Of a DNA stretch of 64,000 bases, positions 9,847-18,904 are shown piece after piece. The stretch is from the IMG/VR virus record IMGVR_UViG_3300022885_000003, positions 1 through 64,000 of that record; one strand, 5' to 3'. A program made the translations under genes and the position numbers. Every line of letters starts with the position of its first letter. The stretch's first letter is position 1. A model generated the notes under the pieces. The model had not been told where the DNA came from and did no database searches. It saw only the letters and a program-made list of their open reading frames with translations. The stretch is from a virus.

Positions 9847-9880
9847 AATAATTCCTATTAAATATAGCTATATTTAGCCG

Positions 9881-9909
9881 TTGACTTTGATTTTTAAGTA
9901 TGCTACTAT
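9881..9909 (+). promoter_or_regulatory. Sigma70-like early promoter
   Basis: TTGACT-N17-TACTAT with TG extension; GGAG before the ATG at 9931. Confidence 0.65.
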
Positions 9910-9930
9910 AAATTATATTGGAGAATATTT

Positions 9931-10152
9931 ATGAATCCTTACCTTGATAAAAAAATTGATTTAGAAGTCAAATTGGCAATCGAGAAAAAATTACGAAGAA
10001 ACGACACATGGTTCCTAATTATTATGATTAGGTTAATCGCAGCGTTGATGTGGCTTCCTATTGAATATGTTGGTGAAATTGAAACATGGGTTAAAATAAT
10101 TGTTTCAGGGATTGCTTTGTCGGCTATGATATCAAAAGTATGTGGTAATTAA
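9931..10152 (+). CDS. Small two-TM membrane protein
   Basis: RBS present; two hydrophobic segments. Confidence 0.7.
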   Translation: MNPYLDKKIDLEVKLAIEKKLRRNDTWFLIIMIRLIAALMWLPIEYVGEIETWVKIIVSGIALSAMISKVCGN

Positions 10153-10155
10153 GAA

Positions 10156-10734
10156 ATGACATTAACTGAAATACAAAAAGATTTAATACGTGACATTTTG
10201 GATGGAGAAGGGATGTCAGTAACATTTTCAAATTACAGGTATGGTATTAAACTTGAAATTAGTAAAAAAAATATGAGTGGAGTGCTTTATCTATCAGATC
10301 AACGTAATCGTGCTTATTATATTCTAAATAACTTAAAAAAGAACGGTGATATAGATTATATAAAAATGACCATCACTTGGAATGCGATGAATAGTGTTCA
10401 AGTTGATCTTAAAATGAAAGAATTTACACCAAAGAAGCTTGAAGATCGAATTGATACGGAACGGTTTAAAGCCAAACCAAATAAATTTGGTCAGATTCCT
10501 GAAATCGGTGATTACGTCGTTGGTAATAAATCGGGTAATATCTCTTCATTATTCATTGCCAAAGTTGTTGGATGGGATAGTAAAGCCTTAATTGTAAAAA
10601 GTATTATGGGTTATGATCCAGCAGGAGAACTCATGGCCATGCGTTGGGCTGAGAACATGATTTTCCCAAAGGATTTGTTTAAAGAAGACTTGGATTCGTT
10701 TTTAATTATGATGAAATTGTCAATGGAGATATGA
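10156..10734 (+). CDS. Hypothetical protein with SH3/KOW-like C-terminus ending MMKLS
   Basis: KFGQIPEIGDYVV motif, also seen in 44283 and 45061. Confidence 0.7.
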   Translation: MTLTEIQKDLIRDILDGEGMSVTFSNYRYGIKLEISKKNMSGVLYLSDQRNRAYYILNNLKKNGDIDYIKMTITWNAMNSVQVDLKMKEFTPKKLEDRIDTERFKAKPNKFGQIPEIGDYVVGNKSGNISSLFIAKVVGWDSKALIVKSIMGYDPAGELMAMRWAENMIFPKDLFKEDLDSFLIMMKLSMEI

Positions 10735-10735
10735 T

Positions 10736-11191
10736 ATGCCTTGCAGAGATTATGATGATTTTGGTAGTAGTGGTCGGCAGGAACAAGAACGCCAAATTCG
10801 GACATTGAAAAACCGAAACGATGAACTCGCTCGACTGTTGTGTGAAGCAACCGGATTGCTTGTTAGTTGTGGATTTGAAGCGGGCATGAGTGATAAACTA
10901 AGAGAACATTTTTCAGCTCATCGAAAAGCAGATATAATTGATAAAATTACGGAAACGTTGTTGGAGATTTCTGATATACTTTCTAGTGACGATAACCGTA
11001 ATAAAAACATATCTGAAATTGAAAAGATTATTGACGGTTATGATATAAATCTTAATCAATTATTTGTAATCAGTGCTGTTGTTTCGGGCGCCAATCTAGA
11101 AATAGAAAAGGCGGCAGAAGAATTATATAATCAAAATGAGGATTATTACAACAAGAAATATATTAAAGATGGTGAGTTTAATGAAATATAA
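10736..11191 (+). CDS. Hypothetical protein, paralog of 11181
   Basis: MPCRDY...LARLLCEA...LREHF. Confidence 0.75.
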   Translation: MPCRDYDDFGSSGRQEQERQIRTLKNRNDELARLLCEATGLLVSCGFEAGMSDKLREHFSAHRKADIIDKITETLLEISDILSSDDNRNKNISEIEKIIDGYDINLNQLFVISAVVSGANLEIEKAAEELYNQNEDYYNKKYIKDGEFNEI

Positions 11192-11795
11192 AGACATTTC
11201 AGATGCAATGGATGAATTAATAACCTATGAGGAATTATCTAGAATGAGTATCTATGACCGAGACAAAGACAACGGAAGTTTCGATAGATTTAGGGACCAG
11301 TTTGATCACACTCAAACAGCAACTGAACGAAGACTGTCGGAAATGACAAGTGAAGCTCAATCCCTTCGACAAGAACGAAATATAGCTGAACGGGAAATTG
11401 GGCGATTGAGAGCTTTACTCATTGAATCAAGTGTTATCAATGTTGACAATGGTTTCCAAGCATTGATGGGAAGCGATCTACGTGAATGGTTTGTAGAGTT
11501 CAGGAAGGGTATTATTATACAGAAACTCAGCAACAAAATTTCAGGATTGGGTGAAATGTTGCGGGAAAGATCTGAAGGAGGTAACATTCACCTCACTGTA
11601 GAAGACATGGCCGAAGACATCAAAAATATTGATCCAGACTTCACCTTGTATTATGTCATCGTAGCCTCACTTAGTGAGGACGGTTATAAGATTGAAGAGA
11701 CAGCGGGGACGTTCTATAGCCAGTTCGAAGACAGACTTAATAAAGAATTCCTCAAAGACGCTGATGCCAATACAGAGGAAAACGACATTTTTTAA
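11181..11795 (+). CDS. Hypothetical coiled-coil protein, paralog of 10736
   Basis: LRALLIES...LREWF...IIQKL...IEETAGTFY aligns with 10736. Confidence 0.75.
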   Translation: MKYKDISDAMDELITYEELSRMSIYDRDKDNGSFDRFRDQFDHTQTATERRLSEMTSEAQSLRQERNIAEREIGRLRALLIESSVINVDNGFQALMGSDLREWFVEFRKGIIIQKLSNKISGLGEMLRERSEGGNIHLTVEDMAEDIKNIDPDFTLYYVIVASLSEDGYKIEETAGTFYSQFEDRLNKEFLKDADANTEENDIF

Positions 11796-11808
11796 TAAAA
11801 GGTAGGTT

Positions 11809-12084
11809 ATGGTATTAATTGGTAGGTTGTTATGGAAACGTTCTTCAAATAAGCGCAATAATTGGAAAAAATCTAGATTCAAACAGCAAAAAGGTATTTG
11901 TCCAATATGTTCGAAGAAAATGTCGTTTGATACAAATATTGATGACTTAAAACCGACCGTCGATCATATAATTCCTCTATCAAAGGGCGGTGATGATCAT
12001 TACGAGAATGTCCAAACAGTTCACCAAAAATGCAATTTTGAAAAAGGTAACAAACTTGAACAAGAAACATCAGGGAGAAAATAA
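11809..12084 (+). CDS. HNH endonuclease
   Basis: CPIC...TVDHIIPLSKGG...N...HQKCN.EKG. Confidence 0.9.
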   Translation: MVLIGRLLWKRSSNKRNNWKKSRFKQQKGICPICSKKMSFDTNIDDLKPTVDHIIPLSKGGDDHYENVQTVHQKCNFEKGNKLEQETSGRK

Positions 12085-12353
12085 TGTGGCCATTTAAAGA
12101 AAAATTACCTTACACTGCAACAATTGAGTTGTATGGCAACCATCCATATCGAAACGAGCCTGAATTTCCAGATGCTAGTCGAACAATCAAAATTGACGTA
12201 ATGGCTAAGGATTGGAATGATGCGTCATATAAAGCACTAGATAAAATTGTGCGTGATCCGAAAACAGTTACTGAACTAGCTAAAACTGGTCCATTTTCGT
12301 CGGCCCAGGTTATAAGTGTAAATCATCCACCAAATTTTAAAGTATCTGTTTAA
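12084..12353 (+). CDS. Hypothetical protein
   Basis: TAATG coupling to the HNH gene; GGAG RBS. Confidence 0.7.
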   Translation: MWPFKEKLPYTATIELYGNHPYRNEPEFPDASRTIKIDVMAKDWNDASYKALDKIVRDPKTVTELAKTGPFSSAQVISVNHPPNFKVSV

Positions 12354-12363
12354 ATACCAAAGG

Positions 12364-12420
12364 TTGACATCTCCTAGTTCCGTGTTATAATAAAGCATAA
12401 CGCAAACAAGGAGATCGAAG
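12364..12420 (+). promoter_or_regulatory. Early promoter plus AGGAGATCGAA leader cassette
   Basis: TTGACA-N16-TATAAT, then CAAGGAGATCGAAG-ATG. Confidence 0.75.
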
Positions 12421-12711
12421 ATGAAAATCACAGTCGACAATTACAAGAATTTTGCAATTAACAAGGATGACAGTAACAATTATTCACACAACTGTACTCT
12501 GCATTTTCCGAACGGCAACATGCTTGGTGGTGTTGATCACTATATGAAGAAAAGCGTTAAGACGCTTATTGACTATTATGTCCGCCGTGCCTACAAAGAA
12601 GGTCTTCGGTGGTTTCCGGCTGGTCAATATACTGTAGAAGTTGAAACCAGTACAAACATTTGTTTTCCTGAGGGATTGAAGACGCACAAATTTACTTTTA
12701 CAATTGACTAA
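12421..12711 (+). CDS. Early hypothetical protein
   Basis: Strong promoter and RBS. Confidence 0.8.
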   Translation: MKITVDNYKNFAINKDDSNNYSHNCTLHFPNGNMLGGVDHYMKKSVKTLIDYYVRRAYKEGLRWFPAGQYTVEVETSTNICFPEGLKTHKFTFTID

Positions 12712-13211
12712 GATAATATCTTAGCTAAGATTCCTTTTTTCTTAATATTCTTTTTAGTACCAGAATTTTTGACTTTCTTGCAAAATGTATCTAAACTCTT
12801 GGCGAGAGTATCAAGACTGTTAAGACTGTTAAGAACAAGCTTTGCTATTTTAATTACCTTTTCATCTTCTTGGTCCAGACGATGGATATTATCCCTTAAC
12901 GTATTGGCTTGGTTCTTGACCTTTTCACTATAGTCTTGTAATGCAACAAATGCTTGCGACGAGGCAGTACCAGTTGATTCACTCAAAAGATGTTTTTCAA
13001 CTTTCTTTAATAGCTGTGCAAGTTCTCTTGCTGTACGAAAGATACTCATTATACCAATTGGTGCCGAACTGGGTTTAACCTCATTGAAGGTACTCATAGC
13101 ACGTAGACCAACAAGAAGTTGTGCTTGGACATTAGAAACAAACTTTGCTAATTGTTTGTTACTCATTGTGCTTTTCATCAATTGGCGTTCATGCAATTCT
13201 AAATATTTCAT
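12708..13211 (-). CDS. Leader-tagged (MKYLELHE) helical protein
   Basis: N-terminal leader; downstream of the late promoter at 13797. Confidence 0.75.
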   Translation of the reverse strand: MKYLELHERQLMKSTMSNKQLAKFVSNVQAQLLVGLRAMSTFNEVKPSSAPIGIMSIFRTARELAQLLKKVEKHLLSESTGTASSQAFVALQDYSEKVKNQANTLRDNIHRLDQEDEKVIKIAKLVLNSLNSLDTLAKSLDTFCKKVKNSGTKKNIKKKGILAKILS

Positions 13212-13215
13212 ATCA

Positions 13216-13791
13216 CTAGCCGTCGAACTTGGGGTTCTTTTTCAAGACATCATTTAACCAATCAATATGCTCGGAAGCTGATACCTTAGTATATTTCTTT
13301 GCTTTCTTCTTAGCAAGTTCTTCGGTTTTCATACGATTTGCGGAGGTGTTAGGCATTTTCTTAACTTGTGGTGTTTGTTTGTATCTACCCCAGAATTGGT
13401 AAATGCTATCACCCTTTACTCCCCAACCCCAAACTTTGTTAGTTCCGCGTTCACCAGCATCAGGATCAACCTGGCGGCCGATGAATACAACTTGGAACTG
13501 ACCAGAAGACGGGCTGATCGACTTGGGTTTCTCTTTCTTTGGCTCATCGCGTGTTGTACGTTCACGACGTGGTTGCTCTTGTTTAGGTGCGTCTGCACCC
13601 ATCTCAGCCATAATCTTATCTAACAAGCGTTGAGCATTGTCTGCTTCGCCCTTAGTAGAAGGATTTCCTCCAAGATCGCTAACAATACGCTTTAAGCGAG
13701 CAATCATCACGTTGATCTGGGACGTGGTTTTACCCTTTACGGACCATTCTCGGATTAATTGTTGTTCTGTAAGTAATTCTAAATATCTCAT
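13216..13791 (-). CDS. Leader-tagged (MRYLELLTE) protein with WGR-like domain
   Basis: Start reassigned to 13791; NKVWGWG...YQFWGR...KKKAKKY. Confidence 0.7.
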   Translation of the reverse strand: MRYLELLTEQQLIREWSVKGKTTSQINVMIARLKRIVSDLGGNPSTKGEADNAQRLLDKIMAEMGADAPKQEQPRRERTTRDEPKKEKPKSISPSSGQFQVVFIGRQVDPDAGERGTNKVWGWGVKGDSIYQFWGRYKQTPQVKKMPNTSANRMKTEELAKKKAKKYTKVSASEHIDWLNDVLKKNPKFDG

Positions 13792-13796
13792 ATAAT

Positions 13797-13804
13797 TATT
13801 TATA
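13797..13804 (-). promoter_or_regulatory. Late promoter TATAAATA, 5 nt from the start codon
   Basis: TATAAATA-ATTAT-ATG on the - strand. Confidence 0.7.
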
Positions 13805-13808
13805 CATC

Positions 13809-13837
13809 TTGACATTTTAATATTCCGCCCATATAAT
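13809..13837 (+). promoter_or_regulatory. Sigma70-like early promoter
   Basis: TTGACA-N17-TATAAT. Confidence 0.8.
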
Positions 13838-13865
13838 ATATTTGAAATATAGGAAAGAAGAAATT

Positions 13866-14054
13866 ATGCCCGCAGAACATAGACGCCCAAATGGATTATC
13901 ACACGGATATTTCTGCCACAATTGCGGAATGCCGTGTAACATGTACGGATCAGGCCATTCGTCAAATCATGGACAAGTGTGTGAAGCCAATCCGAAATTG
14001 GTTGCAGAGCTAATAAAGCTTAACAGTAGAGAAGAGGACGGAAAAGTTGAATGA
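13866..14054 (+). CDS. Small Cys/His-rich protein
   Basis: CHNCG..C...H....C; start placed at MPAEH after the promoter. Confidence 0.6.
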   Translation: MPAEHRRPNGLSHGYFCHNCGMPCNMYGSGHSSNHGQVCEANPKLVAELIKLNSREEDGKVE

Positions 14055-14703
14055 TGTTACAGTATGGCGTTTGAAGGAGAACATTAAAAACGCCAATCAA
14101 ATGCGCGATGGATTAACTGCTATGTGTTCGGATGGTGAATATCTCGGTAGCAGAACGTTCTGGCATGGGATTACACCAATAGCATCTGGGTTTGTTTATC
14201 GTTTCAACGATGACAGCAAAGCTGACCGTTTTCTTCTGGATGCAAAAAGCGACGAACTCCCGCCTGAGCCAGTGGTTGAAACCAATGTTGAAACTATCGT
14301 TGAAGACAAAATTGATCCAATAATTGACAAGCCAAAGAAAAAGAAGAAAGTTAAAGAAAAATCCCCATCCAGGATGGATCTTGTTAATCCAAATGGCGAT
14401 ACAATTTCAGTTAAGAAGAAAGATAAAGATAACCTTTTATCAAAGGGTTGGTCTCTACCCGAATCAGATAAGAAAGAAGATGTTATCCCAGCAATTTCTA
14501 CAATGGTGATGTGGACAGGTGATGGCTTTGTACGGGTCAACCGTTCAAGAATTACACATTTTGAATCTTTGGGATGGAAAAATGCATGGGACTATTATCG
14601 AGAAAAGTACCATGAACACGAACGTATTAAAAGAGAAATGGCTATTGAATTAGATATCATACGTAAGGATATCGAAAATGCCAAATCAGAGGAAACAGCA
14701 TGA
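14047..14703 (+). CDS. Hypothetical protein
   Basis: 218 aa; two short G...V.......L.GW repeats. Confidence 0.7.
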   Translation: MNDVTVWRLKENIKNANQMRDGLTAMCSDGEYLGSRTFWHGITPIASGFVYRFNDDSKADRFLLDAKSDELPPEPVVETNVETIVEDKIDPIIDKPKKKKKVKEKSPSRMDLVNPNGDTISVKKKDKDNLLSKGWSLPESDKKEDVIPAISTMVMWTGDGFVRVNRSRITHFESLGWKNAWDYYREKYHEHERIKREMAIELDIIRKDIENAKSEETA

Positions 14704-15020
14704 CTAACAAAATGGATGAAATACTGGGTTGGTCTGTTCCAATACCAGCTAATGTTCGGCGGGGAAAATATTACGACTTTAATCATGTCCAATTTTTTGT
14801 GGAAGAAAACTGGGGACCGAATACGCCAACAAAAGCCCATCGATGGGTTATGAATAACCAAGACAAAGTTTTGGAAAAACTCAATAAGTTAAAAACCAAT
14901 TACGATGGTACTGGTAAGCGTATAGTCGGTCATCCGATTAGTAAGAATGTATTCTTTGATAATATCAACCCAAAGATTATTAAACCAATGACTGTTATGC
15001 GGAAGCGAGTTTGTGCATAA
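14700..15020 (+). CDS. Hypothetical protein
   Basis: ATGA overlap in the operon. Confidence 0.7.
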   Translation: MTNKMDEILGWSVPIPANVRRGKYYDFNHVQFFVEENWGPNTPTKAHRWVMNNQDKVLEKLNKLKTNYDGTGKRIVGHPISKNVFFDNINPKIIKPMTVMRKRVCA

Positions 15021-15021
15021 T

Positions 15022-15615
15022 ATGGAGAAAATCAAAGTAGGCATTTTATTATCTGGTACCGGTTCAAATTTCCAGGCATTATTGAATGCATGTCAAGAAC
15101 CAAACTTCCCAGCCGAAATCGTTAGCGTAGGATCCAATAAACTCAATACCGGCGGAATTGCGAAGGCACGAGCAGCAGGCTTAGATACATTTGTTGCCAA
15201 TTACCGTGAATCCCATAAAGTCGAACGCTTTGCTGATATGTTTTTCAAAGAGAAAGGCGTTGACTTAATTTGCCTAGCTGGATACATGAAGATACTAACG
15301 AAAGAGTTCATCAAAGAGTGGAATGGAAAAATACTAAACATTCACCCATCGTTGCTTCCATCTTTCAAGGGATTACATGCCCAGCGCCAAGCATTTGAGT
15401 ATGGTGTAAAATATAGTGGTTGTACGGTTCATTGGGTAGTACCTGAAATGGACGCTGGACCCATTATCGGTCAACGCATTGTTTCTGTTGTCGATGATGA
15501 TACTGAAGAATCTCTTTCCAAGCGTATTCTAGTTCAAGAACATATTTTATATCCTGAAGCATTGAATATTATAGCGTCAACAATGCTTGGGGGAAAATGT
15601 AGACAAGGAAGATAA
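15022..15615 (+). CDS. purN: Phosphoribosylglycinamide formyltransferase
   Basis: SGTGSNFQA, LAGYMKIL, NIHPSLLP, GCTVH, DAGPII, EH.LYP. Confidence 0.95.
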   Translation: MEKIKVGILLSGTGSNFQALLNACQEPNFPAEIVSVGSNKLNTGGIAKARAAGLDTFVANYRESHKVERFADMFFKEKGVDLICLAGYMKILTKEFIKEWNGKILNIHPSLLPSFKGLHAQRQAFEYGVKYSGCTVHWVVPEMDAGPIIGQRIVSVVDDDTEESLSKRILVQEHILYPEALNIIASTMLGGKCRQGR

Positions 15616-15616
15616 A

Positions 15617-16147
15617 ATGGAAAATTATGATATCAGCAATCTCGAAAAAACTATTAAAGACACTTGTTTAATCGAAGGTGATTTCCTTTTAGCATCAGGG
15701 GTTCGGTCAACATACTATTTCGACAAATACCAATTCCAAGCAGATCCAGAACTGCTAAACGAAATTGCGCATGAGCTAACTGAAATTGACGTTGATTATT
15801 GGCGTGACATTGATTATGTAGCAGGTCTAGAGATGGGCGGCATATCAATTGCTACAATGATATCGTCGATTATGGATATTCCGATGCTTCAAGTTCGTAA
15901 GAAAGCTAAGGAATACGGTACAGCCAAGGGCATCGAAGGTCCAAATTGCATTGGTAAGCGTGTATCGATTATTGAAGATGTTGTTACCTCCGGTGGTGCA
16001 GTTCTGCAAGCTACGAGTGATTTGCGGGCTGCTGGAGCGACGGTAGTGGGTGCGCATTGTGTTATCTTGCGTGATAACAACGGGAAAGAAAATCTTATCA
16101 ATGTTGGCGTTCCATTGTATGCTTTGTTTGACTTTACACCCAAATAG
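15617..16147 (+). CDS. pyrE: Orotate phosphoribosyltransferase
   Basis: LASGVRS.YYFDK, RKKAKEYG, IIEDVVTSGG. Confidence 0.93.
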   Translation: MENYDISNLEKTIKDTCLIEGDFLLASGVRSTYYFDKYQFQADPELLNEIAHELTEIDVDYWRDIDYVAGLEMGGISIATMISSIMDIPMLQVRKKAKEYGTAKGIEGPNCIGKRVSIIEDVVTSGGAVLQATSDLRAAGATVVGAHCVILRDNNGKENLINVGVPLYALFDFTPK

Positions 16148-16175
16148 GAATAATAAATTTAATTTGTTTTAAAGG

Positions 16176-16203
16176 TTGACAAAAACATTAGTAATGCTAT
16201 ACT
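16176..16203 (+). promoter_or_regulatory. Sigma70-like early promoter
   Basis: TTGACA-N16-TATACT with TG extension. Confidence 0.7.
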
Positions 16204-16259
16204 CATAATGTAAGCAGACGAGTAAACATTTTTAAACAGGAAAACAGGAGTATTTCCAA

Positions 16260-16745
16260 ATGGTTAAGATGATCGAGTTTCGGACGTTTAGTGTTATGGG
16301 TTTGGTTGCTGCGGTTTTGGTAGTGGCTCTCATGTCTTCGCCGGCAACGGCAACAACCAACTACAACGACGGCGCGCCGGCGTTTTGCAAACAGAAAGCC
16401 TATGGTGCTGACCCGTGTGCCTGGTACAACAAGGAAGCTAAGGAAAAGGACAAGAAAGCGAAGGAAGCGAAGAAAGACGACAAGGACAAGGACAAGGACA
16501 CCGGGCATGACAAGAAGAAGGGCAAGGGTCATGATGAACATGGTAACGGGAACGGTTACGGCCACGATGATGATCATGCCTGCTATGGTGACACTTGTGG
16601 TGGAGGTGCGCCGACTGGTGGCGGCGATAGTATCCCAACTACCACAGTTTCCGAACCGGCATCCGCAGCATTGCTCGGGATTGGTTTGATGGGTCTCTTC
16701 TTTGCTGGTCAGGCACGGCATAAGCGGAAGAATAAGACCTCGTAA
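16260..16745 (+). CDS. PEP-CTERM-like surface-sorted protein
   Basis: N-terminal signal peptide, K/D/H/G low-complexity middle, C-terminal VSEPASAALLGIGLMGLFF plus basic tail. Confidence 0.85.
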   Translation: MVKMIEFRTFSVMGLVAAVLVVALMSSPATATTNYNDGAPAFCKQKAYGADPCAWYNKEAKEKDKKAKEAKKDDKDKDKDTGHDKKKGKGHDEHGNGNGYGHDDDHACYGDTCGGGAPTGGGDSIPTTTVSEPASAALLGIGLMGLFFAGQARHKRKNKTS

Positions 16746-16787
16746 GAAACCAAACTATATAATATAGAGTTAGTAATAGAGAAAAAC

Positions 16788-16814
16788 GATGGCCGGACAA
16801 ATTGTCCGGCCATC
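16788..16814. other. Near-perfect 13-bp inverted repeat (hairpin or operator)
   Basis: GATGGCCGGACAA-A-TTGTCCGGCCATC; no clear U-tract. Confidence 0.6.
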
Positions 16815-16829
16815 TATTGAGGTAAGGAA

Positions 16830-17222
16830 ATGGATACAACAGTTATTGGTGGAAAAGTGCAAGCTACTATGACGGAACGCGATGTTAATTTATTGTGGCA
16901 GGCGTTAAAATCCCTAGAAAAATTTGGGTTGCCAAGCGGGTGTGTTGGAACTCACTCAAAAGAAGAACTGGTAGATCTTTTAGCTACTGTTACAAAAACA
17001 TGCAATCAGCGTTTCACCAAGTCTGGTGCCCTTAATGCCACAGTAGCAAAGGATCGAGCCGAACGACAGAGTTTTTATGGTACCATTCACAACCAGAAAA
17101 TTACTAAACAGCGCGAATTCGAGAGAATTGCAGAAGAGCGTTGGGTAAAGCTTGAAAGCGAAGCACGCAAGCGCAGAACATATGAATATGGTTTAACATA
17201 CGGAGATAACAATGCCACGTAA
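16830..17222 (+). CDS. Hypothetical protein
   Basis: RBS GAGG/AGGA upstream. Confidence 0.7.
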   Translation: MDTTVIGGKVQATMTERDVNLLWQALKSLEKFGLPSGCVGTHSKEELVDLLATVTKTCNQRFTKSGALNATVAKDRAERQSFYGTIHNQKITKQREFERIAEERWVKLESEARKRRTYEYGLTYGDNNAT

Positions 17223-17460
17223 ATTCCAAGGACCGATTAAGAAAGTCGGTGAGGTAAACTTTGTTGACCATTTCCTAAAAGGTACAGAGTTTGAGGTCGC
17301 TGGATCTAAAGATAAAACTTACAGCGTGGAAATTTCTGATAAAGGTATAATGTGTTCCTGCCAGGGATTCATGTTTCATGCTAAGTGTAAACATACGACC
17401 GCTATTGCTGATATGATGTCGGGTATCCATACAAACGTGAAGGCATTTATTGTAGCTTAA
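17212..17460 (+). CDS. SWIM zinc-finger protein
   Basis: GSK..Y.V......CSC.GF.F...CKH. Confidence 0.85.
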   Translation: MPRKFQGPIKKVGEVNFVDHFLKGTEFEVAGSKDKTYSVEISDKGIMCSCQGFMFHAKCKHTTAIADMMSGIHTNVKAFIVA

Positions 17461-17914
17461 TATCATATGGATTAATGTATTCGATATGATAACGGTCTGC
17501 CCCTGGTTTAACAATCGGTGTGGCATCATCAATAATGAGTGTTATTCCTAATCGTTTACAAACATAACCTTTCCAATACACGAAATTTAATTCATTTTTA
17601 GACATTTCATCTGTAGAAACGTTATCAGTATAAATCGAGGGTAACTTATTCTTCTCTCTATCGTTTCTATCCAATCTAAACCGTATCCGCATCAATTCTG
17701 TTGTTGGCATAAGTTTTTCAAACTGATTAATATTTAATCCAATATTTTTTAATTCCATTGGTACTGATCGAGATTCTGCCGGGGTTCGATGAGTAACAAT
17801 GAAAAATTCTTTTTCAGGATGATCATTTACGTAATCAACTAGGAATTTTGACGCTGGCCCATTAAGCAACGTGTCATCCAAATCTATTGCTATTCGTTGA
17901 TGATTTTCAAACAT
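17447..17914 (-). CDS. HAD-superfamily hydrolase-like protein
   Basis: IAIDLDDTL, IVT.R, K, IIDD motifs. Confidence 0.8.
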   Translation of the reverse strand: MFENHQRIAIDLDDTLLNGPASKFLVDYVNDHPEKEFFIVTHRTPAESRSVPMELKNIGLNINQFEKLMPTTELMRIRFRLDRNDREKNKLPSIYTDNVSTDEMSKNELNFVYWKGYVCKRLGITLIIDDATPIVKPGADRYHIEYINPYDIKLQ

Positions 17915-17916
17915 GG

Positions 17917-18486
17917 CTATTTCCTAAATGGTGGCTCGCCCAGGTGGGTATGTGGTAAATCATACACGTGAACTCCATCAGGCGTGACTTTGGCACGGGC
18001 TTTAGTTTTAAATTTTCGAACAATAGCCGGTATTGAATCCAACACTTCGAATTCTTCTCGTTCACCAAACATATCAATAAAATCGGATATTATGCATGGA
18101 ATATCCATATTATGTTTTTGTGCTACCCACAATCTTGATCCACCTAAACGATCACAAGCAAGTATGGTATTGGAATCTTGTTTCATTGATTCTGGTAACC
18201 AGGATTTGTAACTTTCAACACACTGCCCTGCACAAACCAAAATAGGATTTAAAAAACCCATAGATAAAATGTTTTCTTCGAGTTTCGTATAAAAACCATT
18301 TTCATTATTTTTCATTTTGATATAAGCATCTTGAATCGATTCTCGACCTTCGATATGGATTGGTGCTGTTATACTTGGCCCCGCTCCTGGACCTACAACA
18401 TTCGCAATATCGTTTGACGGTATTAAACCATATCTAACAATAAAACCATTCTTCTCTTTACTTAACATATCATTCGGATGTACCAT
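17917..18486 (-). CDS. ParB/Srx-like fold protein (tentative)
   Basis: LEENILSMGFLNPILV...GGSRLWVA. Confidence 0.5.
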   Translation of the reverse strand: MVHPNDMLSKEKNGFIVRYGLIPSNDIANVVGPGAGPSITAPIHIEGRESIQDAYIKMKNNENGFYTKLEENILSMGFLNPILVCAGQCVESYKSWLPESMKQDSNTILACDRLGGSRLWVAQKHNMDIPCIISDFIDMFGEREEFEVLDSIPAIVRKFKTKARAKVTPDGVHVYDLPHTHLGEPPFRK

Positions 18487-18843
18487 TTAGTTGTCCTCTA
18501 CAATTCCACCAACTGTTTCTCTTACAATATCTTGCATGATTGGATTTAGGTAATAAATTTCCAAAGCTTGAACATGATTATCTTTTGATACGAACTTATG
18601 GAACTCGTTTGGTGCAACAGTTGTCCATTCACCGGATTTTATTGTAGTGATATCAACTAGTTCGTAATCGTTTTTACGAGTATGTATCTCTAGCGTACCT
18701 TTAATACAATAAAACATATTCCATTTATATTCGTGTTTGTGCATTGAGCATTGCATATTAGGATTGATATTAATTCTATGCACTTCGATCATTGGGGTAA
18801 TGAGCAAACTTTCAGTGTCTCCCCAGATTTTGCCGGATTTCAT
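18487..18843 (-). CDS. Cupin domain protein
   Basis: KIWG, CSMHKH..KWN.FY..G, PNEFH.F, EIY. Confidence 0.85.
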   Translation of the reverse strand: MKSGKIWGDTESLLITPMIEVHRININPNMQCSMHKHEYKWNMFYCIKGTLEIHTRKNDYELVDITTIKSGEWTTVAPNEFHKFVSKDNHVQALEIYYLNPIMQDIVRETVGGIVEDN

Positions 18844-18866
18844 CTATTTCTCCCAATGTTATTGCG

Positions 18867-18879
18867 CTAAATATTTATA
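18867..18879. promoter_or_regulatory. Overlapping divergent late promoters
   Basis: CTAAATA (+, towards the array) overlaps TATAAATA (-, towards the cupin operon). Confidence 0.65.
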
Positions 18880-18904
18880 ACATTTGTTATTAAAGGTCCC
18901 CGGT

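Noticed and set aside
16203-16839. Alternative-frame ORFs 16203-16721, 16402-16689 and 16438-16638
   Set aside because: They are shadows of the GC-rich low-complexity PEP-CTERM gene
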